A DNA stretch of 64,000 nucleotides from contig JAJRUP010000097.1 in the NCBI GenBank assembly GCA_024277725.1, forward strand, positions 264-64,263, written 5' to 3'. Each line of letters starts with the position of its first letter. Position 1 is the first letter of the stretch. Source of the stretch: a bacterium (lineage in GTDB: Bacteria > CG2-30-53-67). The notes under the pieces were generated by a model. That model ran no database searches and had not been told where the DNA came from. It saw only the letters and a program-made list of their open reading frames with translations. Both the position numbers and the translations under genes were made by a program. This document shows, piece after piece, positions 18,801 to 27,803 of this stretch.

Positions 18801-20237
18801 TGGACTACGGACGCAACAAGATATGTAAGAATTTATACGACGCCCGCGGCCCGCCACAACGGGATCTGGGGCAACGGTTATCGACTTCAGACAACGGCCA
18901 GAAATACCATTATGTCCAGTCATGTGAAACTGGAGGGACTGGCCATCAGTACCGGGACGAACAATGTGGATACTCTGGCCGTGATCGGTTCCGGCACCAC
19001 GGATGTTGAGATAGGCTATTGCCTGGTCATTAACGGCAATACGAGCACCAACTGGCGTAACGCATTCTATACCTATGACCTGGGCGCGGGCAACTCGGTC
19101 AGACTCTATAACTCTATTTTCATTGTCAACAGCCCTGGTGCTTCTTCGACCGCGATAGAGGCCTATCTGAACGGAACCATCTATGCTTCCAATGTAACCG
19201 GCGTGAACAAGACAACCGGTTCCGGTTATGTTTTCAAAGCGAACAGCGGCGGTGATATTGTGGCCTATAATTGCCTGGGGCAAAAAGGCACGAATGGGGC
19301 GGTCTTCGGATTAGCCGCGGGAACGATGTTTTGCAGCTACTGTGCCTCTACGGATGATACGGCGGACAATTTCGGAGGGACGGGTAACCGGATATCCCAG
19401 GTTTTCTCTTTCATCAATGCCGCGAGTGACAATTATCATCTCGACCCCTCCGATGGCGGAGCGAGAGATCACGGCGGTAACGCCGATCCCAACTTCACCT
19501 TTGTAGACGATATTGATGGATCCACACGGACCGGTGTCTGGGATATCGGTGCAGACGAAATGCTCAACTGTGCGGTAGATGATGCAACCTGTGACGGGGT
19601 GGACGATGATTGCGACGGGGATTTGGATGAGGACTATGTCAGTACTCCCACCTTCTGTGGTACGGGTGCCTGCGCGTCCTCCGGACAGCTTGAATGCCAG
19701 AGCGGGATGGTGGCCGACACCTGCACGCCGGGCGTGCCGGCGGCTGATGATGTGACCTGCGATGGTATCGATGACGACTGCGACGGCTTGGTTGATGAAG
19801 ACTATGTGGTAAATGCCGCCTGTGGTGTGGGCGCCTGCCGGACCAACAACACACCGAGCACGTGTGCGGGTGGCGTAGAGACCCTCTGTCAGCCGGGAGT
19901 TCCTCTTTCTCCGGACGATGCCACCTGCAACGGCATTGATGATGACTGCGACGGTCTCACCGATGAAGACTGTGATACCGATGGTGATGGACTCCCGGAT
20001 ATGGTGGATCCTTTGCCGCTCTACTTTAACTACCGCGACGGGGACGTTGATGCCTCCGGCGCCGTTGATATCGCGGATGCCCTGATTGCCATGCGGATCA
20101 CTTCAGGTCTGGAGCCACCGTCCACTCTCCAGTTGCAGCACGGCGATGTGACCCCCGCCGGCGCTCCGGATGGAGCAATCGATATCTCAGACGCCCTGGT
20201 GATCATGCGAAAGGCCATGGGTCTGGTTTCATTCTGA
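15816..20237 (+). CDS. Giant secreted multidomain protein: parallel beta-helix domains, SGNH/GDSL esterase domain, ASH/choice-of-anchor-D-like domain, MopE-type Cys-rich repeats, C-terminal dockerin-like module
   Basis: Signal peptide (MRSLFCLALFLLFAGAKGAGA; alternative start 15852). Beta-helix repeats (NNTFRNCDHGISAGG..., NNTIVDN...). The SGNH block is VVVIGNSIAAGY ... DNDVHPN. MopE-like repeats CDGxDDDCDGxxDEDY occur four times. The C-terminus has duplicated Ca-binding dockerin segments DVDASGAVDIADALIAMRI / DGAIDISDALVIMRKAMGL. Confidence 0.75.
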   Translation: MKPPAEAHGVCSMRSLFCLALFLLFAGAKGAGATTYYAHPECSDNPSSPIEQVGTYDCSAHVCTDADPASDACFIRRAAAFASADGDVVELEDGTYLLKQPVIFPDRTATTYIKAAHAGAVTITSAGALTKLFDMGGGNGSDNWQIEGLLFDGNGKTATGIEASSVKVKIYNNTFRNCDHGISAGGAPAGKGKDIQGNLFYHCSYAMVWSGDWYDTTVKNNTIVDNDHVLYFSGYWMTGSIFTNNLIAWNNGTSGEQILFTNLPETFLNNNVYSDQTAARAYDFITWRYEGFPGSVDASNLSLPPNFVDRAGGDYSLAPGSPLIDKGVASSLSTDLAGNGRNQGNGVDIGCYESPYTGCVTYSIATIPNKVVVIGNSIAAGYSAVSPSVGMGTDATDPSQAGTPAKSLHDLLGPSWTVINWGVPGLHSVSMPLLAYRALEEDPEWVIVGPGWINTFGWPTATVNNITPAYFAECAKETVRVLKNAGVESRKIILVGMLAEDSQPDQAPTPSGHYASVNMSAAEIRDVLVDVAVAEDVLFVDAYHIFAGTEIPNWNTTFFNNVDNDVHPNVLHGYPLLGRLWYNMISMGGAFFIRDGAPPTNNEISVYPLCEDARSYTNSASNGCILTSDNTSAGVPFTPINRGAQFNQKILDLPGVPDTPVRVKVDPTMPTMHLLTLEEDGNNRNGTEFNLELGSSGKRTDITIGAMEYGGIHVGSSSPSHVFTIRNEGTEVLDMGTVSIAGGDATQFVLQGDTCTSISLLPAQTCQVRVAFAPGTAGTKSARLSIPFVDVETTRLDLPLTGTGIDPDDFDADGHKSISAGGDDCNDTDSTVYGGALELCDGQDNDCDTVTPPDEVDDDSDGYVECTLDTGGWDGAVSKLGNDCDDSDPSVHPGGTEGPFGDLTCSDLKDNDCNGAVDSLDRACMTTGEVIGYVREVCAGYTNCYNSLQAWQQAKGGIDFTGCSVGDLVCANKIAVAQIDGAWTNPDTATLTIDGWTTDATRYVRIYTTPAARHNGIWGNGYRLQTTARNTIMSSHVKLEGLAISTGTNNVDTLAVIGSGTTDVEIGYCLVINGNTSTNWRNAFYTYDLGAGNSVRLYNSIFIVNSPGASSTAIEAYLNGTIYASNVTGVNKTTGSGYVFKANSGGDIVAYNCLGQKGTNGAVFGLAAGTMFCSYCASTDDTADNFGGTGNRISQVFSFINAASDNYHLDPSDGGARDHGGNADPNFTFVDDIDGSTRTGVWDIGADEMLNCAVDDATCDGVDDDCDGDLDEDYVSTPTFCGTGACASSGQLECQSGMVADTCTPGVPAADDVTCDGIDDDCDGLVDEDYVVNAACGVGACRTNNTPSTCAGGVETLCQPGVPLSPDDATCNGIDDDCDGLTDEDCDTDGDGLPDMVDPLPLYFNYRDGDVDASGAVDIADALIAMRITSGLEPPSTLQLQHGDVTPAGAPDGAIDISDALVIMRKAMGLVSF

Positions 20238-20407
20238 GAAATGACGCTACGGAGCATAAATGCTTCGGATCCTGGAAGGAGGAATGTGCTTCCAATCCCT
20301 TGGCGGCGATGCTCGTGTCACACTGGCTTGACAAAGGATCCACTTGGGCATAGGTTATCAAGTTCTTGGAAGCGTCGATTATACCCTTTCCTGGGTGTCT
20401 TTCGTTT

Positions 20408-20423
20408 TGGCAGGCAATTTGCC
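20408..20423 (+). promoter_or_regulatory. Sigma-54 promoter candidate upstream of the polysaccharide biosynthesis operon (GT2 gene)
   Basis: TGGCAGG-CAAT-TTGCC, which matches the TGGCAC-N5-TTGC consensus closely, about 95 nt upstream of the ATG at 20519. Confidence 0.5.
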
Positions 20424-20518
20424 CCGGGTGACACGAGAAGCGAGGATCTTATGGTAATCCAGAGTGCGGAGCATTGCTCGGCCGAAGGGAGGCCGGCAGA
20501 TAAGAAAAGGCTACGCGT

Positions 20519-21501
20519 ATGAAACTCATCGTTCAGATCCCGTGCTTTAACGAAGAGGCCACTCTTCCCATGACGATTCAGGATATTCCTCGCAACATAG
20601 AGGGAATAGACTCTGTCGAGATCCTCGTTATCGACGATGGAAGCACGGACGGGACGGTTCAGGTTGCGAGAGAGGGGGGAGCGGATCACGTACTGAGTTT
20701 CAAGAAGAACAAGGGCCTGGCGAGGGCCTTCACCACCGGTCTTGACGCTTCCGTCAAGCTTGGAGCGGATATCATTGTGAATACCGACGCCGACAACCAA
20801 TACCGGGGCGAAGACATTCCTAAGTTAATCCAACCTATTCTGGAGGCTCGGGCCGACATCGTGATCGGGGACCGGCAGATAGAGAGCGTTGAGGATTTCT
20901 CCCCCATGAAGAAGAGGTTGCAGAAGTTGGGGAGCCGGGTTGTCAGGATTCTTTCCGAGACGGATATCCCTGATACGACCAGTGGTTTCCGCGCTTACAG
21001 CAAGGACGCTGCGCTGAAGTTGAATATCGTTTCATCCTTTACGTATACGCTCGAATCCATTATCCAGGCTGGGAAAAAACATATAGCGGTAACCCATGTA
21101 CCGATCCGTACCAACAAAAAGCAGAGGGAATCCAGGCTGTTTCGGAGTGTGCCCGATTATATTCAGCGTTCCGTCGTAACGATCCTTCGAATGTACACCA
21201 TGTTCCAACCGCTGAGAGTCTTCTTCTATATCGGAGCGATGCTCTTCACCCTAGGGGCATTCGGTGTCATCAGATTCCTCTATTTCTATTTCACCCAGGG
21301 GGGATGGGCCACGTTCAGTCCCTGGTTCTGTCAGGAGCGCTGCTTACCTTGGGCTTCATGCTTTTTATGATTGGTCTGGTCGCCGACATCATATCTTTTA
21401 ATCGGAGGCTGATAGAAGACACCCTTTATAGGGTCAGGAAGATGGAACTGCACCTGTCCCGGGACCTCCGGACGCGAGTAAGAGAATCCGAGGATGCCTG
21501 A
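20519..21501 (+). CDS. GT2 glycosyltransferase (DPM1/GtrB/ArnC-like polyprenyl-phosphate sugar transferase), split by a frameshift at a G6 tract (21298-21303)
   Basis: The N-terminal GT-A domain (IPCFNEEATLPMTI..., VIDDGSTDGT, TDADNQY) sits in one frame (20519-21370). The characteristic C-terminal TM hairpin (HVQSLVLSGALLTLGFMLFMIGLVADIIS) is in a different frame (21304-21501). One extra G would restore a roughly 326-aa protein. Confidence 0.7.
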
Positions 21502-21525
21502 GGAAAGAAGACGTTCTCAAGACTT

Positions 21526-22641
21526 ATGAGACCTATCAACATTTTTTTGCCGGTTTATCTGGTGGGTCTTTTCATGGTTGGCTTGTGGCCCTTCGATTTT
21601 GGAATCCGCCGCACGGAGAACCACGTTCGATGGCTGCAAGGCCAGGAGGGGATTCGAATTCCGCCGGGTGGTATGGTGCGGACAGAGATGCCCCCTCGGA
21701 ATCTCTATCAGGCCATGACCGAGGCCAATGCTCTGACAATCGAAACCGTGATCCGTACGGATCATCACCGGCAGGGGGGGCCGGCGAGGATCGTTTCTTA
21801 CTCTATGGGTACCAGGGCCTGTAATTTTACCCTCGGGCAGGAGAAAGACTCTCTTGTTTTCAGGCTCAGGACAGGGAAGTCTGATGTAAACGGGCTCCCT
21901 TCCGTGAATGTCCCGGGTGTCTTTGTCACCGATGAGCCACTTCATATTGCAGCCACCTACGATGGCAGTTCGGCACGCCTCTATGTAAACGGCCGCCTCC
22001 TCAAGGAGCAGAGCTATATGGGAGGCGATCTCCAGAACTGGAATGATTCCTGCTTTCTCGTCCTGGGGAATGAGATCACCGGAAACCGGCCGTGGCAGGG
22101 AGAAATCCATTGTCTCGCCCTTTATGACCGGACACTGGGAAACGGCGAGATATTCCGGCATTATTCTATGGTCCGTCGGGGTGGGAGGCCCCTCAATCGA
22201 GCGGAGCCGGGCCTCCTTGCCTTATACACCTTTGAGGAAGGCAAGGGGAAGTATCTTTTCGATAAATCCCGGGCCGGCGGCAGTTCCCCTCTTTACATTC
22301 CTCCCGAGTTCAGGGTCTCGAACACCGTCTTTCCCATGTCCCCCTTCCATGATGTCATGGGGTATCTCGATCTACGGGATCTGTTGGTCAACATTCTCGG
22401 GTTTCTTCCTCTGGCGGTCCTGGTCTACCTCGTTTATTATAGGAGGTTGAAGTCCTTTCTCCTGGTGGGGATTGTGGCACTGGCCCTGGGACTGGCCGTC
22501 AGCCTCTCCGTCGAGATCGTCCAAACGTATTCTATGCAACGGTGGGCGCTGACGCTGGATACCCTTTACAATGTGAGCGGAACGGTCCTGGGGTTTCTGG
22601 GACTATTCATTTATCATCGCTTTATGCGTACCGAATCGTAA
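21526..22641 (+). CDS. Membrane protein with N-terminal TM anchor, concanavalin-A/LamG-like lectin domain and C-terminal VanZ-like TM domain
   Basis: TM segment near the N-terminus, a central jelly-roll-like block (LHIAATYDGSSARLYVNGRLL... GEIHCLALYDRTL), and a C-terminal polytopic VanZ-like region (VEIVQTYS...). Confidence 0.45.
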   Translation: MRPINIFLPVYLVGLFMVGLWPFDFGIRRTENHVRWLQGQEGIRIPPGGMVRTEMPPRNLYQAMTEANALTIETVIRTDHHRQGGPARIVSYSMGTRACNFTLGQEKDSLVFRLRTGKSDVNGLPSVNVPGVFVTDEPLHIAATYDGSSARLYVNGRLLKEQSYMGGDLQNWNDSCFLVLGNEITGNRPWQGEIHCLALYDRTLGNGEIFRHYSMVRRGGRPLNRAEPGLLALYTFEEGKGKYLFDKSRAGGSSPLYIPPEFRVSNTVFPMSPFHDVMGYLDLRDLLVNILGFLPLAVLVYLVYYRRLKSFLLVGIVALALGLAVSLSVEIVQTYSMQRWALTLDTLYNVSGTVLGFLGLFIYHRFMRTES

Positions 22642-22659
22642 GTCAGAGAGCGGGACAAA

Positions 22660-23421
22660 ATGAACCGGGTCAGCGATAGTCAGGTGACAGGTGAGGCGAT
22701 CCCCCGTAAGGGTCTCCTGGGAAAGGCCATGCTCTACGTTGTCCATGTCACGGGGGGGACAAGCCTGGTCAGATTCGCGGCGCAGGGACTACTCTTTCTT
22801 CTTTTCCGGGAATGCCCCACCATTCTCGGCACCTATGTCCGGCCCATGGTTTACGGCCCCCTTTTCGGGAGTATCGGAAAGGGGTGTCTCTTTGAACGGT
22901 CGGTCCGGGTTGAAGTCCCATCACGAGTTTTTGTCGGAGACCGGGTTATTCTGGGGCAGAACTGCTGGATCAGCGCCGGAGGCAATGAGGGGGAGATCCG
23001 GTTCGGAAGGGACACCTTTGTGGCCCATTCGTCGACCTTGAGAGGCGAGGGAGGCAGGATAACCATAGGGAACCATGTCCAGGTCAGCCGGAACTGCTAT
23101 ATCAATGGGGCCGGGGGCGTCGAGATCGGTGACGATAGCATGCTCGGTCCGAATACTGTCATCGTGAGTGTCAACCATCTCCATGACCGGATAGATCTTC
23201 CGATCCGAAAACAGGGGGTTGCAAAGGCAAAAGTCGTAATTGAGAATGATGTGTGGCTGGGGGCGAACACTTCAATCATGCCCGGAGTAACCATTGGGAA
23301 GGGTTCTGTGATCGGAGCAGGGGCTGTGGTGACAAAGGATATCCCCGCCTTTACCCTTGCCGTCGGCATCCCGGCAAGAGCCGTTGGTAAGAGAGACTCG
23401 GAAAGGAAACAGGAGGCATGA
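22660..23421 (+). CDS. Hexapeptide-repeat (LbH) acetyl/acyltransferase
   Basis: Repeated [LIV]GxxxxI hexapeptides (IGDDSMLGPNTVIVSV, VWLGANTSIMPGVTIGKGSVIGAGAVV). Confidence 0.8.
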   Translation: MNRVSDSQVTGEAIPRKGLLGKAMLYVVHVTGGTSLVRFAAQGLLFLLFRECPTILGTYVRPMVYGPLFGSIGKGCLFERSVRVEVPSRVFVGDRVILGQNCWISAGGNEGEIRFGRDTFVAHSSTLRGEGGRITIGNHVQVSRNCYINGAGGVEIGDDSMLGPNTVIVSVNHLHDRIDLPIRKQGVAKAKVVIENDVWLGANTSIMPGVTIGKGSVIGAGAVVTKDIPAFTLAVGIPARAVGKRDSERKQEA

Positions 23422-24341
23422 AGAAGAATATCATTGCCCTCTTGAGAAATCCCTGGGTGACGAGAACGTACCTGGCGGCTCTATTGATATCCGTTCTCCT
23501 TTTCCTTCTTTCCCACAGAGGGGAATTTCTCAAGATCCTGAGTGCATCGGAACCGGCCTTATTGCTCTTGGCTATCATTCCTTATGTATCGGTCGTTGCC
23601 TTGATTAATCCCTATTTGCATAGCTTCGCCTACAAGGAAATCGGATCTGATATTTCGTTGTGGCAGGCCTTCCGTATCTTTCACCTTTCCCGTATCGGCA
23701 ACTATCTTCCGGGCAGGATCTGGTTCGCCTCCAATTATTATATCTTCTCCAAGAAGATGAATGTAAGTACCGACAAGATTGCCAGGAATTTCATCGTGCT
23801 CAACGCCTTGTTGTTCATGACGGGGGGCATCTGCAGCCTGCCGATCATCAACCTGTTCGACCCCGCCATGCAGAATCTTATTCTGGTGTTTCCGATACTT
23901 ATGCTTCTTCTGATTCATCCAAGAATTCTCAATAGATTATTGAGACTCGTGTTGGTGCGCCAAACGGCAGAGGATTTCAAGTACAGATTCCTGTTGAAGG
24001 CGAGCGTCCTCTATGCCCTCGCATACGGCCTCCTGGGATTGGGGCTTTACATCGCTGTTTCCGCCTATACGCGGGTATCCCTCTATCATCTGCCTTTGAT
24101 TATTGCCGCGGCCTCCTGTTCACTTGTGATCGGGCTGTTGGCGATTTTCGCGCCCGCCGGCATCGGGGTCAGCGAAGGAATCGGTGCGGCCGTTCTCTCC
24201 CGGGTGGTTCCCCTGGAGGCGGCAGTCATGGCCGTCGTTTCTTTGCGCATGCTGATGGTTCTGGTTGACTTCAGCTGTGCTATCGTCTCGGCGGTCTCCG
24301 TTTCGAGAGAGGAGAAAGCCCTTGCCCTTTCGAGCAGATGA
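23418..24341 (+). CDS. Polytopic membrane protein of the flippase-like LPG_synthase_TM/UPF0104 family
   Basis: Eight or more TM helices; the C-terminal motif APAGIGVSEG is typical of this family. Confidence 0.5.
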   Translation: MKKNIIALLRNPWVTRTYLAALLISVLLFLLSHRGEFLKILSASEPALLLLAIIPYVSVVALINPYLHSFAYKEIGSDISLWQAFRIFHLSRIGNYLPGRIWFASNYYIFSKKMNVSTDKIARNFIVLNALLFMTGGICSLPIINLFDPAMQNLILVFPILMLLLIHPRILNRLLRLVLVRQTAEDFKYRFLLKASVLYALAYGLLGLGLYIAVSAYTRVSLYHLPLIIAAASCSLVIGLLAIFAPAGIGVSEGIGAAVLSRVVPLEAAVMAVVSLRMLMVLVDFSCAIVSAVSVSREEKALALSSR

Positions 24342-24596
24342 GTCAATGGTCTTTCCCTGGGAATGGGTGTAAAGTAATCTAATCATCACCTTTTTCTGAG
24401 AACGTAACAGATTCTTGCTCTTTGCTGTCTTTGGTCTGGGAGGAAAGGCAAAACGTTATGACTGGGACTGCAGCCTGGCGGATTATCTGGCCCGGTCCCT
24501 GGCGAGCGGGTGGTATTTCACATTGAGGCCCAGGGGGTCTGTGGGTATGCACCCCATGAGGTGTACGAGGTAAGGCTCCTGATCGATTGAGAAAGG

Positions 24597-25331
24597 ATGG
24601 ACAGAAGGAGGATGGACCGGACTCAGGACAAAGAAAACGAGATCGAGACAAACCTCCACCAGTTGGCAGTGGAGGGGGACGGCTACCATGGTTCGTGGTG
24701 GCCTGAGAAAAAATGGCAGCGGGTCCTGGCATTCTTCGAGCGGTATCATGACTCCTCGCGGAGCTATAGGGTCCTCGATCTCGGCTGCGGCGGGATGACT
24801 CTGACGCAGGCCCTGAGGCGGTATCCTAATTTTGAAGTCGTCGGCATCGACCTGGTCTTTGAGATACTGCGCCGCATTGCCAAAGCGCGGGCCCCCGAAG
24901 TTCCGATCATTGCAGGCGATGCCGAGTTCCTCCCTTTCCTGTCTGACAGTTTCGATATTGTCATACACAACCAGGTGCTGCACCATTTCCACCACCGGGA
25001 GATTATTCTTGGGGAAATCAGGAGAATATTGCGTCCGGGAGGACTCCTCGAAGGCATAGAAACCAACGGATGGAACCCCTACGTGGTCTACGAGCATTAC
25101 TGCAGTCTGAGCAAGATCAAGCCCTTTATCAGCAAGAACGAAAACCCCTTCAGTTGGCCCCGGTACAGAAAGGAACTGGAACGTTCTGGTTTTTGTACCC
25201 TGGACTGGCGCATGGTGAACTTTGATTTTGTAAAAGGACTCTCCCCCTTCGACGGGTTCTTGGGAAAGATTCCGATATTCAACCTCGTATTCGGTGGCTC
25301 TATGCTGGTCTGCTCGCAGAAAAGCGTTTGA
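24597..25331 (+). CDS. Class I SAM-dependent methyltransferase
   Basis: Motif I VLDLGCGGMT and post-I LRPGGLL. Confidence 0.8.
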   Translation: MDRRRMDRTQDKENEIETNLHQLAVEGDGYHGSWWPEKKWQRVLAFFERYHDSSRSYRVLDLGCGGMTLTQALRRYPNFEVVGIDLVFEILRRIAKARAPEVPIIAGDAEFLPFLSDSFDIVIHNQVLHHFHHREIILGEIRRILRPGGLLEGIETNGWNPYVVYEHYCSLSKIKPFISKNENPFSWPRYRKELERSGFCTLDWRMVNFDFVKGLSPFDGFLGKIPIFNLVFGGSMLVCSQKSV

Positions 25332-25383
25332 ACTACTCTGCGTTCTCAGATCCGCGGAATCAAGCCACCCTCAGGAACGGACC

Positions 25384-26553
25384 ATGAATTTTAGGGCATA
25401 TTTAACAGAGCTGTTACCGAAAACCTTGAACTATAGACTGGCGCGTCATCGAATAGTAAAACCTGCGACTCCCATCACCTTTACGTTCGCGGTGACCTAT
25501 AAGTGTCAGTCCCGTTGCAAAACCTGCAAGATCTGGGAACTCTATCGCAAGGAGCCGGAAAGACGAAAAGAGGAGTTGACCTTAGAGGAAATCCAAAAGA
25601 TCTTCAAGAGTCTGGGACATATCTATTTTTTCAACGTCAGCGGAGGCGAGCCTTTCCTAAGAAAGGATCTGTCTGAAATCGTCAGCTCGGCGATCCAATA
25701 CCTGACGCCCGGAATCATTCATATCCCAACCAATGCCCTGATGCCCAAGGTAATTGAACGTGAAGTCCAAAAGATGTTGACCCATATGGACAAAATCAAT
25801 TACCGTGTTCCCTTCACAGTCAAGCCATCCGTTGACGGCATCGGAAAAGAACAGGATCGTATTCGGGGGGTTCCAGGCAACTTCGAAAAATTGTTGGATA
25901 CGGTGAAAAGGCTTAAGGCCCTTCAGGATTCTTTCCCGTTTTTCCAGTTGGAGTTGGGGACCGTAATCTCGCGGGAGAATTTTGACAACATCGATGAGAT
26001 TTCCAGTTTTGTACATTCCCTAGGTGTGGAGAGTTATCGCAACGAGATTGCAGAACAGCGCTCCGAATTTTTCAATATCGGAGATCCCATCACCCCCAAT
26101 GCGGAGGAATACGTCGACACCATCGAAGTCTTCGCCGCTCGAATTCGAAAGAACCTGAATGGCAAGAAACCACTGAGCAAGGTCGTCGAATCGTTGCGCC
26201 TGGTCTATTATGACCTTGCCATTCGCATCCTCAAGGAAAACAGACAAGTCATCCCGTGCTATGCCGGAATTTACAATGTTCAAATGAATCCCTACGGCGA
26301 TGTCTGGCCCTGCTGTGTTTTGGGCTTCGAACAGAGTATGGGCAACCTCAGAGGCTACGACTACGATTTCAAGCGCCTCTTTAGGTCAGAAGAGGCTGCG
26401 AAGGTCCGGGGGTATATCAGGGAGGGGAAATGTGCTTGCCCGCTGGCCAACCAGGCTTACTCCAATATCCTGTGCCATGCGCCATCCATGGTAAAGTTCG
26501 GCAGGAACATCTTCTTCCATTCGAAAACGAAAAAAGAAAAAGAAGCTGAGTAA
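25384..26553 (+). CDS. Radical SAM protein with C-terminal Cys-rich (SPASM/twitch-like) extension
   Basis: The CxxxCxxC box is YKCQSRCKTC. The C-terminal Cys cluster is PCCVLG...GKCACP. The start is taken at MNFRAYL (25384); the ORF track extends to 25294. Confidence 0.75.
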   Translation: MNFRAYLTELLPKTLNYRLARHRIVKPATPITFTFAVTYKCQSRCKTCKIWELYRKEPERRKEELTLEEIQKIFKSLGHIYFFNVSGGEPFLRKDLSEIVSSAIQYLTPGIIHIPTNALMPKVIEREVQKMLTHMDKINYRVPFTVKPSVDGIGKEQDRIRGVPGNFEKLLDTVKRLKALQDSFPFFQLELGTVISRENFDNIDEISSFVHSLGVESYRNEIAEQRSEFFNIGDPITPNAEEYVDTIEVFAARIRKNLNGKKPLSKVVESLRLVYYDLAIRILKENRQVIPCYAGIYNVQMNPYGDVWPCCVLGFEQSMGNLRGYDYDFKRLFRSEEAAKVRGYIREGKCACPLANQAYSNILCHAPSMVKFGRNIFFHSKTKKEKEAE

Positions 26554-26603
26554 CAGACCGTTTTGATCCCTGAACTCACTCCGAACATGATTGTACCAGG
26601 TCG

Positions 26604-27803
26604 ATGAAAATCAGTATTGTCGCTCAAGTTGAAAACTGGCGAGGCGGGATTCAGCAATATTCGCAGAATTATGCGGAAGCCCTGTTTCGAAAGGCTGATA
26701 CCTGCGCTGTCGGTTATGAATCCTATTTTCCCCTTTGGCTGTATCCGGGGGAGAAAGAAAACATCACCCGGCAGCATCGGGAATGGAAAGAGCCAGTTCC
26801 CGTTTACAACATCCTGAAATACTACTCACTTCTCTCGGTGTACCGGGCCTATCGCCTCCTTCATAAGCAATTCAAGGCGGATGTCGTCGACATTCAATGG
26901 TGCAGTACCTTTCATGCCCCGATTCTCATCCCCCTCGTCCTTCTGTTGAAGCACTTTTCCAGGGCATCGGTCTTTCTCACTGTCCACAACGTCCTGCCTC
27001 ATGAAAACCGGAGGATCGACAAGAGCCTCTGCGGCATGATTTACCGGCTTGCCGACCGCCTGGTCGTTCACTCGATGGGAATGAAGCAGGATCTGGTAGA
27101 GATTTTCGGTACCCCTCCGGACAAAGTCACAGTGATCCCTCACGGGATCTGCTTTGAAGACAGCAGCCGGATCTCCCGTGAAGAGGCGAGGGCACAGCTG
27201 GGCATCAACGAAGAGCGGGTACTCCTTTTTTTCGGCCTGGTCCGCAAATACAAAGGGGTGGAGCATCTTTTAAACGCGTTTGGAAAAATCAAGGATGATT
27301 TCAATGCCGCCCTCCTGATTGCCGGCGATTTTGTGGAGGGCCGGGAAAAATACGATGAGATCATCGAGCGCTACAACATGAAGGACCGGGTCTACATTCA
27401 CGCCCGGTACATCGAGGACACCGAGGTACCTCTCTTCTTCTCAGCCGCCGATGTCCTGGTGCAACCTTACCAGAATTTTACGGGCCAAAGCGGCGTTCCA
27501 CCCACCGCATACCTGCATTCCAGGCCCGTGATTGCTTCCCGAGTCGGCGGATTTCCGGAGATCGTCATCGAAAATCAAACGGGGCTGCTTGTAGAGCCGG
27601 GAAAACCCGAAGAGATTGCAGAGGCCATGCGATTTTTTCTTAGGGATCCGGTCAAGATTGAGGAATATGGCGCGAACGGAAAACGGTTCCTGGAGACGGA
27701 ACTCTCCTGGGACAGTATTGCTGACAAGATGCTGGATGCCTACGCGGGCCAAATCGTCCTGTCATCTGCAGGCAAAGAATCCACACGGTTGGAGGAAAAA
27801 TGA
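26604..27803 (+). CDS. GT4-family glycosyltransferase (GT-B fold)
   Basis: C-terminal E-x7-E region (SRVGGFPEIVIENQTGLLVEPGKPEE). Confidence 0.8.
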   Translation: MKISIVAQVENWRGGIQQYSQNYAEALFRKADTCAVGYESYFPLWLYPGEKENITRQHREWKEPVPVYNILKYYSLLSVYRAYRLLHKQFKADVVDIQWCSTFHAPILIPLVLLLKHFSRASVFLTVHNVLPHENRRIDKSLCGMIYRLADRLVVHSMGMKQDLVEIFGTPPDKVTVIPHGICFEDSSRISREEARAQLGINEERVLLFFGLVRKYKGVEHLLNAFGKIKDDFNAALLIAGDFVEGREKYDEIIERYNMKDRVYIHARYIEDTEVPLFFSAADVLVQPYQNFTGQSGVPPTAYLHSRPVIASRVGGFPEIVIENQTGLLVEPGKPEEIAEAMRFFLRDPVKIEEYGANGKRFLETELSWDSIADKMLDAYAGQIVLSSAGKESTRLEEK

